From: a bacterium
GTDB lineage: Bacteria; RBG-13-61-14; DATKZS01
Direction of reading: 5' to 3'
Assembly (NCBI GenBank): GCA_046484135.1
Contig: JAWOBU010000073.1
Coordinates: 1-37,271 of the forward strand
Length of the DNA stretch: 37,271 nt
The notes beneath the pieces are model-generated. The model saw only the letters and a program-made list of their open reading frames with translations, was not told the DNA's origin and searched no databases. The translations under genes and the position numbers were made by a program. Positions within the stretch are counted from its first letter, which is position 1. Every line of letters starts with the position of its first letter. Shown one piece after another: positions 1 through 8,745 of the stretch.

Positions 1-1385
1 AAGAAGGACCGGAGGGTGTATTTCAGGAATCCTCGGGCTGCCATTTTTTCGAGCTCGCCGGGGGGGAAGACGCCCTGGTGGTATGCTGACCTGGCGTAGG
101 AGAGGTTCTCGAAGCTGAAGTCCGACCGTAGCATGCCGCGTTCTTTGGCCATCTCGTACATCTCGGTTCCGGGCAGTGGGTTTGCCACGAAGAAGTAGGC
201 CATGTCGGTTTTCATGCGGCGGGCGAACTCAAAGGTCTCCCGTATCTGTTCCCTGGTTTCACCGGGAAAGCCGATTATGTAGAAGGCATCGGTCCTGATG
301 TTGCGGGAGCGGATGTAGCGGGTGATGCTCTCTGCTTTTGCGAGGTTGGTCGGCTTTTTCACGATCTCGGATAGTACCTTTTGCGATCCGCTTTCATAAG
401 CCAGGGTCATCTCGTAGCATCCGGCCTCCGCCATGAGGTCTATAAGCTCTTCGTCCAGGGTCCAGAGCGCCAGGCCGTTGGGAAAGTTGAAGCGGACGTT
501 GTAGCCCCGGTCTATAATTCCCTGGAAGATGTCCATGGCCCGTTTTTTGTTGGCGGTCATGTTGTCGTCCTCGAACTGGACCTCCTCGATGCCGTAGCGA
601 GAGACCAGCTCGCCGATCTCGTCGAGCACGTTGTTTGCGGACCGGAACCGGTATCGGTTTCCCCAGAAGCGGGTGGACGAGCAGTAGACGCAGTTGGCCG
701 GACACCCCCTCGAGGTTATAAGGGGGGAAAAGGTCCGTCCGGATATGGAGAGGCTGTGGGGGATGCCGCTTTTTTTGTACACCTGGGTGGGCATGAGGTC
801 CCGGGCGGGGAAGGGAAGCTGGTCCAGGTTTTCCACCCACTTGTTCTTCGGGTTCACCCGGACCTTTCCGTCTTGTTTGAAGGCCAGTCCGTCCACCTCG
901 TTCAAAGGCGTGCCGGCCTCCAGCGCGGCAAGCAGGTCGGTAATGACCGTCTCCCCTTCGCCGAGCGCGATCATGTCCAGGGCGAGCTCGGCCAGGCAGT
1001 ACTCGGGCATAAAGGTTGGGTAGGTGCCGCCGGTTATGGTCATGATGTCCGGATCAACCGACTTTACGGTACGGCAGACTTCCCGGACCACCGGAAAGAC
1101 CGAGCTGAAGATACAGGTCATGCCCACCATGTCCGGCCGGAAGCGCTCGACCCTCTGCCGGATCTCGGAGAGGGGAGAGCCGTACCAGGTGAAATCATCT
1201 CCCATGAAATGTCGGTGCTCGCTTTCGGCCACCGCGTCCATGACCTCGACCTCGGTCCTCTCCCGCGTTACCGCGGCCAGGTATCCCACCCCGAGGGGAA
1301 AGGAGGCCACCTTCATGGTGTCGCTTGCCAGGCGCACCGGTGGAAACAGAAAGAGCAGTCTCCGGATTTTTCTTTTATCCGTCAT
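1..1385 (-). CDS. B12-binding domain radical SAM protein (3' end runs off the window)
   Basis: Not in the ORF track. Manual translation from ATG 1385: MTDKRKIRRLLFLFPP...FPLGVGYLAA...GGTYPT...GEGE (cobalamin-binding domain), TSRGCPANCVYC (CxxxCxxC), FEDDNM, YESGSQ, IIGFPGET, PLPGT; open to the window edge. Confidence 0.92.
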   Translation of the reverse strand, partial: MTDKRKIRRLLFLFPPVRLASDTMKVASFPLGVGYLAAVTRERTEVEVMDAVAESEHRHFMGDDFTWYGSPLSEIRQRVERFRPDMVGMTCIFSSVFPVVREVCRTVKSVDPDIMTITGGTYPTFMPEYCLAELALDMIALGEGETVITDLLAALEAGTPLNEVDGLAFKQDGKVRVNPKNKWVENLDQLPFPARDLMPTQVYKKSGIPHSLSISGRTFSPLITSRGCPANCVYCSSTRFWGNRYRFRSANNVLDEIGELVSRYGIEEVQFEDDNMTANKKRAMDIFQGIIDRGYNVRFNFPNGLALWTLDEELIDLMAEAGCYEMTLAYESGSQKVLSEIVKKPTNLAKAESITRYIRSRNIRTDAFYIIGFPGETREQIRETFEFARRMKTDMAYFFVANPLPGTEMYEMAKERGMLRSDFSFENLSYARSAYHQGVFPPGELEKMAARGFLKYTLRSF

Positions 1386-1393
1386 GTCTTCTT

Positions 1394-2878
1394 TCAGGCG
1401 AGGAACTGGGAGAGCAGCTTTTCCCCTTCGTCGGTCCCGAAGGGCACCTCGCGGAGCTCGGCCCGGTTGTTGACGTTGGCGAGGGTGGTTTCCAGAAACA
1501 TCTTGAATGCGTGGAGCTTCCGCTGGAAGTCCTGGAGCCGGGCGGGGTCATGAACCGCGCTCATGTCAAAGCCGTCCACCTCGTCAAAGAACCTCTGGAA
1601 CTCCTCCCGGTCGTAGCAGCGCACGAACTGAAAGGAGATGTTCTGGTAATAAAAGATGAAGTTTCGAAGCGTCTTTACCGCCTCGATCACCGGCACGGTG
1701 TCTCCCTGGTAGCCCGAGGCCTCGATGGCGTTCTCGGCGTTCTCCAGCACTTTATGGAAAAGCCAGATGTCCTTGCGGAGCTTCAAGGACTCCTCCAGGC
1801 GGGAGATGAAGTCGGGGAACACGTCCTTGCCCTTGAAGCCGGGCTCGAACACCTGGATAATGTACACCACCGCCTGCTTGAAGATGTTGGTCAGGATGCC
1901 CTTGGACCGGCTTACTCCGACCCGCAGGGGTGTTATCTCCTGCACCCGGGCGGCTTCCTTGAGCTCGAAGTCGTATATCTTTCGAAACTCCATCCTAAGC
2001 TGGAAGACCAGCGACTCGAAGTGGTCCAGAAGCGCCTCTTTTTTCTCCGGCTCCAGGTTCTCCCGGCCTTTAATGACCCCGGGAAGCTCGCCCTCCAAAA
2101 GCTCGATCAGAAGCGTGACCTCGGAGTGGACCAGGGCGAAGATCAAAAGCGAGTCTTTGAGCTCCTCCAGCCTCTTCTTCTCCGGGTCCACGTAGGCGAA
2201 GTAATGGAGCAGCTTGAACAGCATGAGAAAGATAACGCTAAGATGCTTTCTTAAAACCGGGTCCTCGATGTTTCTGACCACCCGGATGAGATCGCGGTTT
2301 TTGATCACGTCGTAGTGGGGCGCGAACCCGGCCGCCCGGAAGGGGTTGAAAAAGCGGTTGCCGGTTATCTCCCTGCTGATGAGCTGTTCGAGGTGATAAA
2401 AGAGGAAGTAAGAGCCGTGTCCCTGGCCCGCCACCGCCTGGAGCACCGCCTGGAAGTTGATGAAGGCCTTGCAGAGAACGTAAAGCGACTCCTCGGGGGT
2501 CCGCTGCAGAAGGGCCCGCTCGATCCGCCTGGCCCGCTGGTAGTCGTTCATGAGCCGGTTCTCCACGTAACTGCGGAACTGCAAGGCACGGGTGTCCTCG
2601 TCGCTCAGAAGGCCCTGGGTGAGCTTGACCACCCGCGTCACCGCGTTTCTGACCATGACAAGCTCGTTTTGAAAGTCGCGGGAGACGAGGTTGTTCCGGT
2701 CGGAAAGAGGCTGGTTGGACACGTTGAAAAAGCGGTCCAGGGCCTTGAGGAGCAGCTCCAGCTCGAAGAGCTTCTCCTGCTTGTAAGGAGTGGAAAGCGA
2801 GTAAAACCATTCGTTGCGCTGCCGGATGATCTCCCGGTAATCTTCGTCATTGCCGTCTGGAACCAAATGGACTGGCAT
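1394..2878 (-). CDS. Hypothetical protein, 494 aa, predicted soluble and all alpha-helical
   Basis: Long ORF with natural composition, AGAAGGGG RBS-like sequence upstream, stop 8 nt before the radical SAM start; no motif recognised. Confidence 0.8.
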   Translation of the reverse strand: MPVHLVPDGNDEDYREIIRQRNEWFYSLSTPYKQEKLFELELLLKALDRFFNVSNQPLSDRNNLVSRDFQNELVMVRNAVTRVVKLTQGLLSDEDTRALQFRSYVENRLMNDYQRARRIERALLQRTPEESLYVLCKAFINFQAVLQAVAGQGHGSYFLFYHLEQLISREITGNRFFNPFRAAGFAPHYDVIKNRDLIRVVRNIEDPVLRKHLSVIFLMLFKLLHYFAYVDPEKKRLEELKDSLLIFALVHSEVTLLIELLEGELPGVIKGRENLEPEKKEALLDHFESLVFQLRMEFRKIYDFELKEAARVQEITPLRVGVSRSKGILTNIFKQAVVYIIQVFEPGFKGKDVFPDFISRLEESLKLRKDIWLFHKVLENAENAIEASGYQGDTVPVIEAVKTLRNFIFYYQNISFQFVRCYDREEFQRFFDEVDGFDMSAVHDPARLQDFQRKLHAFKMFLETTLANVNNRAELREVPFGTDEGEKLLSQFLA

Positions 2879-2977
2879 CTTTTAAACCGGACCCCTTCTC
2901 TCCGCCGGAATTTCAGCGCCGGCGAGCCTGTATGCAGGAACAGCGCGGCGAGGACACCGTGAGCTTTGCTGAAAGGG

Positions 2978-3006
2978 AGTATAACAGAGCGGGGCGGGAT
3001 TGACAA
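2978..3006 (-). promoter_or_regulatory. Putative sigma70 promoter for the hypothetical protein/radical SAM pair
   Basis: Minus strand TTGTCA-17 nt-TATACT with an extended -10 TG. Confidence 0.55.
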
Positions 3007-3026
3007 AAGGCGGGGAGGCAGGCGCT

Positions 3027-4895
3027 TCAGAACTTCTTTTGCCCCCAGAGCTTCAGCAGCCGGAGCAGAACCAGGCTCAGCACCATCATGCCGGCCAGGC
3101 CGAGCACGGCGTAGAGCATGGGCGCTCCCCTGGTTACGGGCATGCTCAGAAGAAGCACGCCGATCACCACTACCGGCACGCAGAAGATGTTCATGATGCC
3201 GAGCTCCATGGCCACCTGGGTCCGGAAATCCGGGTCCACAATGCGAAGCAGCAGCAGTCCGCTCGAGACCACGCCGGTGGTGGTCCCGTAGATGGCCAGG
3301 GTCCGCTCCAGGTTGTAGGACTGGAGCCTCCGGCCCATGTAGAAGACCACCAGGACAGTGGCGGCGCCGGTAAAGACGGAAATGAAAGCGAGCGGCAGAA
3401 TATACTTCACCACCACCACCAGCTCGATCGCGGCAACAGTGGCAAGGATGAGGTAGTCCACCGCCCAGCCGGTGATCCGGCGCTGGATGCCGCCGTCCAG
3501 AAGACGGACCACGCCCGCCAGTTTCAGAACCTGCCGCACCAGGAGCGCGAACACCAGCCCGAAGAAGAAAAAGAAGCCCCACAGTATCTTGGCGTCAGCC
3601 GGGCTGAAGAGCCTGCTGAAGGCCTCCAGGAAGAACCAGGTGATGATGTAGACCAGGCCCACCATGGCGAGCTGAAAGGCCAGACTCTCCACGTTCGCCG
3701 AGTGCATAGTCTGGCGGCCCGCTTCCTCGCAGTCCTCCGGCGGATAGATGCCGGTGATGAGACAGCGGGGAAGCTCCTCCGGGCTCTGCACGGCGAGGCC
3801 CTTGCGCAGGCCCCAGTTGGCTATGGGAACGCCCACGAAAAAGGCCAGGAAGAAACCCACCGAAGCAAAGGTGATCCCGATGGTGGCCGCGTCGGTGCAG
3901 CCCAGGTCCTGCCAGACCTTGCCGATGGAGACGGCCTGGCCGGGGCCCTCGTTGTAGGCCATGGGCACGAGAAAGCCCAGGGTCTCGAAAAGATTGTAAC
4001 CCAGGTGGTTGAAAAGATAGACAAAGCCGGTGCCGATCAGTCCCTGCATGGGAAAACAGATGCCCTGGATGAGGGCCATCCAGATAGCGCCTTTTAAAAG
4101 GGTCTTGCTGTCGGCGCTTACCTTCTCGTCCTCGCTCTTGCCGGTAAGGCCCACCGAGATGAAAGAGACGTTGAAAAAGTGGTACACGAAAAGCTGGAGA
4201 TAGTCGGGCGCGATCGGGACCCACCCGGCGTTTACCAGGACCATGGCCAGGAGCCCCCCTACCAGGCAGCTCGGGAAAAGAAACCGCTGGATGAACGGCA
4301 CCTTGGCCCGGAGCACGATCCCCGTAAGAAGCATGATGGAAAGGAACCCGAAAACCAGAAGCGCCTTGAAGCTGTAAGGCGAGTAGCTGTAGATGCTGAT
4401 GTCCTTGCCGCACAGGATGGAAAGGACCTCTTTCTTGTAAACAGTGCCCTCTGTCGAGTTGATCCAGCCATGGTCCGCCAGGGCCTCGAGCTTGCACCCG
4501 TCGGTCTCGCAAGCGCGAAGGGACGCGGCGAACTTCGGGTCGGACTCCTTTGCTATGCGGGCCATGACCGAGGCAAAGTGCTCCCTGGTTACGAGCTTGT
4601 TCATCTTTTTCATGGACAGCTCCAGGGGGTATCCTTGTTGGGTGAGAACGTTGACCTCTGCCTGGTAGCGCTCTTCGGGAGACATCTTTTCCGAGGATTT
4701 ATCTTCCTTGCCCGGAGTTTCGGGAAGGGACAGACCGCTGATCTCAAGCAGGTAGTGGACGAACTCGGCGTGGGTTACCCGCTCCCCGGCGGCCTCCTCC
4801 CGGTCCTGCTTTGCGCAGATGTCCTCCTTTGATGCCAAAGCGGGGGACGCGATCAACAAGCATAGAAAGACGATCAACGTACGGGACATCTTCAT
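3027..4895 (-). CDS. Sodium/glutamate symporter (GltS/ESS family) with an N-terminal signal peptide and SLH-like extracytoplasmic domain
   Basis: From about aa 172: LRAKVPFIQRFLFPSCLVGG, EGPGQA and YGTTTGVVSSGLLLLRIVDPDF are typical of GltS-family transporters, with many TM helices. aa 1-21 are a signal peptide (ALA cleavage). Confidence 0.85.
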   Translation of the reverse strand: MKMSRTLIVFLCLLIASPALASKEDICAKQDREEAAGERVTHAEFVHYLLEISGLSLPETPGKEDKSSEKMSPEERYQAEVNVLTQQGYPLELSMKKMNKLVTREHFASVMARIAKESDPKFAASLRACETDGCKLEALADHGWINSTEGTVYKKEVLSILCGKDISIYSYSPYSFKALLVFGFLSIMLLTGIVLRAKVPFIQRFLFPSCLVGGLLAMVLVNAGWVPIAPDYLQLFVYHFFNVSFISVGLTGKSEDEKVSADSKTLLKGAIWMALIQGICFPMQGLIGTGFVYLFNHLGYNLFETLGFLVPMAYNEGPGQAVSIGKVWQDLGCTDAATIGITFASVGFFLAFFVGVPIANWGLRKGLAVQSPEELPRCLITGIYPPEDCEEAGRQTMHSANVESLAFQLAMVGLVYIITWFFLEAFSRLFSPADAKILWGFFFFFGLVFALLVRQVLKLAGVVRLLDGGIQRRITGWAVDYLILATVAAIELVVVVKYILPLAFISVFTGAATVLVVFYMGRRLQSYNLERTLAIYGTTTGVVSSGLLLLRIVDPDFRTQVAMELGIMNIFCVPVVVIGVLLLSMPVTRGAPMLYAVLGLAGMMVLSLVLLRLLKLWGQKKF

Positions 4896-4983
4896 GACAT
4901 ATCCTCACACCGGCAAATGTTTCAGTGTCTTTGTTTCATCTTCGGTTTTTTTGAAATCCATGTCAAAGACCTCCCCTACGGCT

Positions 4984-5772
4984 TCAGCTTTTGAGCTCGC
5001 GGTTTTCGAGGTACCAATCCAGCAAGGCGGGAGAGAGCCGCTGGAGGATGAGAGTAAGTTTTCCCGTCCTGGTCAGTACCCGCTCGCGTTCCTTGTTTTC
5101 AAGCACCCTTGCGACCCCTTTTGCCACGCCCTCGGGGGTGTCGTGGGGAGGCCGGTTAATGGGCCGGGGAAAACCGTCCCCTTTCATGACCGTCTTGCGC
5201 GGATCGGTGGTGGTGAAGCCGGGAAAGATGACGCCCACGTGGACTCCGTAAGGCTTGAGCTCGAGCCGGATGGACTCGGCAAAGCTCCGAAGCGCTGCTT
5301 TGCTCGAGCTGTAAAGGCTGCCGGTGGGTATGGCCCGGATGCCGCTCACACTGGACATGAAAAGTATCTGCCCGCGCGACTCCTTGAGAGCGGCAAGCGC
5401 GGCCCGGGTCATGAAGACCTGTCCTATAAGGTTCACCCGGTAGAGCTTCTCGCACACTTCGGGCGTGCACTCCTCGAAGTTCGCCACTACGCTCACGCCC
5501 GCGTTGTTTATGAGCACGTCCAGCCTGCCGAACTTGTCGAGCGCGGCCTCTACAAGCTCCCGGCAGTCCTGGTACGAGGTCACGTCCGACGTTTCGGAGA
5601 CCACCTCGATCCCTTCACCTGCCAAGGCCGACTCTGCTTCCGCAAGCGCCTCCTCCTCTATATCCGAGAGCACCAGCCGCGCTCCGCGCGATCCCAAAAG
5701 CCGGGCCACGGCAAAGCCGATGCCGCGCGCGCCGCCGGTGATACATATCACCTTTCCTTCAAAGTAATCCAA
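4984..5772 (-). CDS. Short-chain dehydrogenase/reductase (SDR)
   Basis: TGGARGIG, NNAG, catalytic Ser and YSSSK; TTG start with GGGAG RBS. Confidence 0.93.
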   Translation of the reverse strand: MDYFEGKVICITGGARGIGFAVARLLGSRGARLVLSDIEEEALAEAESALAGEGIEVVSETSDVTSYQDCRELVEAALDKFGRLDVLINNAGVSVVANFEECTPEVCEKLYRVNLIGQVFMTRAALAALKESRGQILFMSSVSGIRAIPTGSLYSSSKAALRSFAESIRLELKPYGVHVGVIFPGFTTTDPRKTVMKGDGFPRPINRPPHDTPEGVAKGVARVLENKERERVLTRTGKLTLILQRLSPALLDWYLENRELKS

Positions 5773-5809
5773 CTTTTACTCCCGCTTCCAAGATCATCCG
5801 GTTTGCGGC

Positions 5810-6163
5810 TCACGGCCGGGACGGAGGCTCGGGCGATATCTTCTCTCCGGCCGGGACCTTTCTTGTGCGTTCGAAGTCTTCGTTGCACTCGTACACCTTG
5901 CCGTCTTCATCCACTATGTAAAAGGCGTAGTCCTCCTTGTGGATGCAGCCGGAAGGGCAGTCCCCCCATCCGTGCCAGAACACTATCCTCCACTCCTTCT
6001 CATCCTGATCGTACTCACAGCGCACTCCGTGGTCCGCGCCGATCCTTGGTTCCTCGAAGCAGGCGGGGAACCGCTTTTCCACCACCTGCCGGGGCGATTC
6101 AGTCTTGGGGCACGCGGCGCACAACAGGGCCAGGAGCATCACCGGCAATATAACTCGAATCAT
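5810..6163 (-). CDS. Small putative lipoprotein with GWGDCPSGC motif
   Basis: Signal peptide ending LLCAAC (lipobox-like); GGAGG RBS; co-oriented with neighbours. Confidence 0.7.
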   Translation of the reverse strand: MIRVILPVMLLALLCAACPKTESPRQVVEKRFPACFEEPRIGADHGVRCEYDQDEKEWRIVFWHGWGDCPSGCIHKEDYAFYIVDEDGKVYECNEDFERTRKVPAGEKISPEPPSRP

Positions 6164-6192
6164 TTACACGCCTCCTCGGGGATCGCTCGTTC

Positions 6193-6828
6193 TCATTTCT
6201 TGCCCGCGCGTTCGAGCGCCTTTTTCTCGAGCTCGCCGGAGTAGACCTCCCACTTGTCCGGCTCGCCCGGCTTTTTCCTTCTTATCTCGAAGGTGCAGAC
6301 GGGCGCTCCCGCGGGTATGGTCTGCGTAAACCAGACCTGGAAGTCGGTCTCCGGGAACCTCTCCCGCATGGCCTCGATCATGCCCTGGACCAGGTATCGC
6401 TGGACCCGGCAGTCAAAGGGCCGGTAGGTGTCCTGGTGCGGGCACCACAGTATGTCAAAGGAGCAGTGGTCCTCGTCGTCTATGCGGGGATTCTCCGGAG
6501 ATGCGTAAATCTCTCGGTTTATCATGCTGGCGAAAGAGGACACGAGCTCAATGGGAGCAACGTCTTCCGGCCATTCCACGCCTTCCACCATCTGCCGGCC
6601 CACTTCGCGGCCCACCTCGACCAGCGATTCGATCATGGCCCGCTGGCCCGCTTCGCCGAACTCTCGCTCCGCCCGCTCCAGCATCCGGACCACGGAAAGC
6701 GCCAGCATGTTGCCCCACCGGAACAAGGAAGCGGGATCGTAATCTTCCCGCGATAGCGCCTCCCGCTTACACTTCTCGGACTGCTCGGCGAACGGATAGT
6801 TGAACTTTACCTTTAACGTCTCCATCAT
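6193..6828 (-). CDS. V4R-like / L-2-amino-thiazoline-4-carboxylate hydrolase-like protein
   Basis: Pattern EREFGE..., WCPH...DC...TIPAGAPVCTF resembles the ATC hydrolase/V4R superfamily; AAGGAG RBS. Confidence 0.6.
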   Translation of the reverse strand: MMETLKVKFNYPFAEQSEKCKREALSREDYDPASLFRWGNMLALSVVRMLERAEREFGEAGQRAMIESLVEVGREVGRQMVEGVEWPEDVAPIELVSSFASMINREIYASPENPRIDDEDHCSFDILWCPHQDTYRPFDCRVQRYLVQGMIEAMRERFPETDFQVWFTQTIPAGAPVCTFEIRRKKPGEPDKWEVYSGELEKKALERAGKK

Positions 6829-6908
6829 TGCTTACTCCTTTTACCGGATTATCAGCCGCAAGTTACTTCGTCCGCACCGTCCGGCGAACTTTTTGTTGAA
6901 TAAGCCGG

Positions 6909-7118
6909 CTACTTTTTGATCTGCTTGAGCCCGTGTTCGATGCTGGCGGCGAGCTTCATGGCGTCGTCCTCGGATAGCCAGGTCTCGACCTCCGTGCCGC
7001 CCTGCGAGATGCGCAGGCCCACGCTGGTGTCGGTGTGAGCGACCGCCAGTTGGTTGTCCTCACCGGTCTCCGAGTCCTTCAAGTTAAGCAGGATAAGCTC
7101 CTTCTTTTCGCCCGTCAT
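6909..7118 (-). CDS. Small hypothetical protein, 69 aa
   Basis: Strong RBS AAGGAGG, fills an intergenic gap, plausible beta-beta-beta-alpha composition. Confidence 0.7.
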   Translation of the reverse strand: MTGEKKELILLNLKDSETGEDNQLAVAHTDTSVGLRISQGGTEVETWLSEDDAMKLAASIEHGLKQIKK

Positions 7119-7259
7119 GGCAGGCCTCCTTTGTTCTCTCTCTAAGCTTCATTTGCGAGCACAACAGGATTCATTCTATCCTGGAGTCCTGGCTTTTGGC
7201 AATCAAGGCGCTGTTTTTATCCGGGGCTGTCATTTGCAACACGGGGAAGGGGAGAGGAC

Positions 7260-8702
7260 ATGAGATTTTTAAAGAGTTGGTGGCGGACGCCGGCGTTGTC
7301 CGGGCTGTTATTTTTTTGCCTGGCTGTGGCGGTTTCGGAAAACGCCTCCAGACCTTGGTGGTACTCGGACTCGGACCCGGACCCGCTGCCCACAGCCCGG
7401 GCGGTTGCCGACCGCGAGCTTTTCGGTCGGGTTATAAGCGATGGGGAGGCCCGGCCGGAGATCGAGCTCCATCATAACCTGGAGTGGCTGGACTCGACCC
7501 TGATGTCGGGAGTGGCCGCGCTTTATGACCGGGCTGAAGAACGGGGAGAACCCGCGGCCCGCTACCTGGAGTATGTCAAAGCATGGGGCGCGCAGTGGCC
7601 GGGCGGCTACCCGATCAAGGTGTTTCACGGCGACCGGGTATGCGCTGGCCATACCTTCCTTTGGCTGTACGAGAAGTCCGGCCGGAGGAGCGACCACCTT
7701 TCCGAGACGGACGGCATGATTGACTTTGTCTTCCTCGGCCGCAAGTTCACCCAGTACCAATATGGCTACACCGACTACTGGATGAGGTTCTGGAACGACG
7801 ACCTGCACATGGTGCCGCCCTTCCTGGCCCGGCGGGGAAGGATCGTAGGCTCTAAAGGGATACCCGGCGGAAAAGACGGACGCGACATCGCCATGCATTA
7901 CTGCCGGGCCTACTCCGAGGTGCTGGAAGACCCGGCCACCGGTCTTTACTGGCACGACCCGCGCGCGATCGGCGATTACCAGTGGGGCAGGGGCAACGGA
8001 TGGGTTGCCGCAGGCTACACCAAGATATACAAGGAGCTTGCGGGCGATCCGGAGTATGCACAGGACCGGGATTGGCTGGCCGGCAAGCTCCGCAGGATGG
8101 CCGCGACCTTGAAGAAGAACCGGAACGTGGTCGGCACCTGGAACGCGGACATACTGGACCGCGAGACCTACGTTATGCCCGAGACCTCCGGCTCCGGCTT
8201 CTTCGTCTACATGATGGCCGCCATGATCAACCGCGGCGAGCTCTCCCGCGAGTATGTGCCCGTCGTGCAGAAGGCCTGGCATTTCCTGCGGCTTTCGGTA
8301 ACGCGGGAAGGCTCTCTCCTGCGGGTGCAGCCGGTGGGCCGGGGCCCTGTAAAGAGGGACTTCGAGACGAACTCCGAGTCTTACGGGGTGGGCGGTTTTC
8401 TGCTGGCTGCCGCGGAGGTGTCCGGGATGGACCGCGAGGTGTGGGAGCAGGCGGCAGAGGCCGAGTGCATAAAGCTTGGGGCGGATGAGCTGGAGCTGGA
8501 AGACGGCCATGCGATGGTGCCGCTTTCTTTTTTGAGGGCCAAGGCCGAGGACTTCCCGGAAGATGCCCGAGGCAAGGTACAGGCGGTGGTTGCCGGAGCG
8601 CGGCTGCCGGAGACGCTCGTGGAAGGCGACAAGGTGGTTATAAAGGGCCTGCCGGCGTCGGAAACGGACAGTGTTTACATTTTTTACCGGCTTTTTGATT
8701 GA
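7260..8702 (+). CDS. Secreted glycoside hydrolase family 105/88 (unsaturated uronyl hydrolase-like)
   Basis: WNDDLHM, TGLYWH, WGRGNGW, ETSGS and YGVGGFLLA motifs of YteR/GH105; N-terminal signal sequence. Confidence 0.85.
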   Translation: MRFLKSWWRTPALSGLLFFCLAVAVSENASRPWWYSDSDPDPLPTARAVADRELFGRVISDGEARPEIELHHNLEWLDSTLMSGVAALYDRAEERGEPAARYLEYVKAWGAQWPGGYPIKVFHGDRVCAGHTFLWLYEKSGRRSDHLSETDGMIDFVFLGRKFTQYQYGYTDYWMRFWNDDLHMVPPFLARRGRIVGSKGIPGGKDGRDIAMHYCRAYSEVLEDPATGLYWHDPRAIGDYQWGRGNGWVAAGYTKIYKELAGDPEYAQDRDWLAGKLRRMAATLKKNRNVVGTWNADILDRETYVMPETSGSGFFVYMMAAMINRGELSREYVPVVQKAWHFLRLSVTREGSLLRVQPVGRGPVKRDFETNSESYGVGGFLLAAAEVSGMDREVWEQAAEAECIKLGADELELEDGHAMVPLSFLRAKAEDFPEDARGKVQAVVAGARLPETLVEGDKVVIKGLPASETDSVYIFYRLFD

Positions 8703-8745
8703 AGCGGTTTTATGGTGTTGAAAAAATAATGCGGGAGGAAGTTTA

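Noticed and set aside
381..2254. Long plus-strand ORFs (381-1553, 1325-2254)
   Set aside because: Antisense shadows of the minus-strand radical SAM and hypothetical genes, expected in GC-rich DNA; no motifs.
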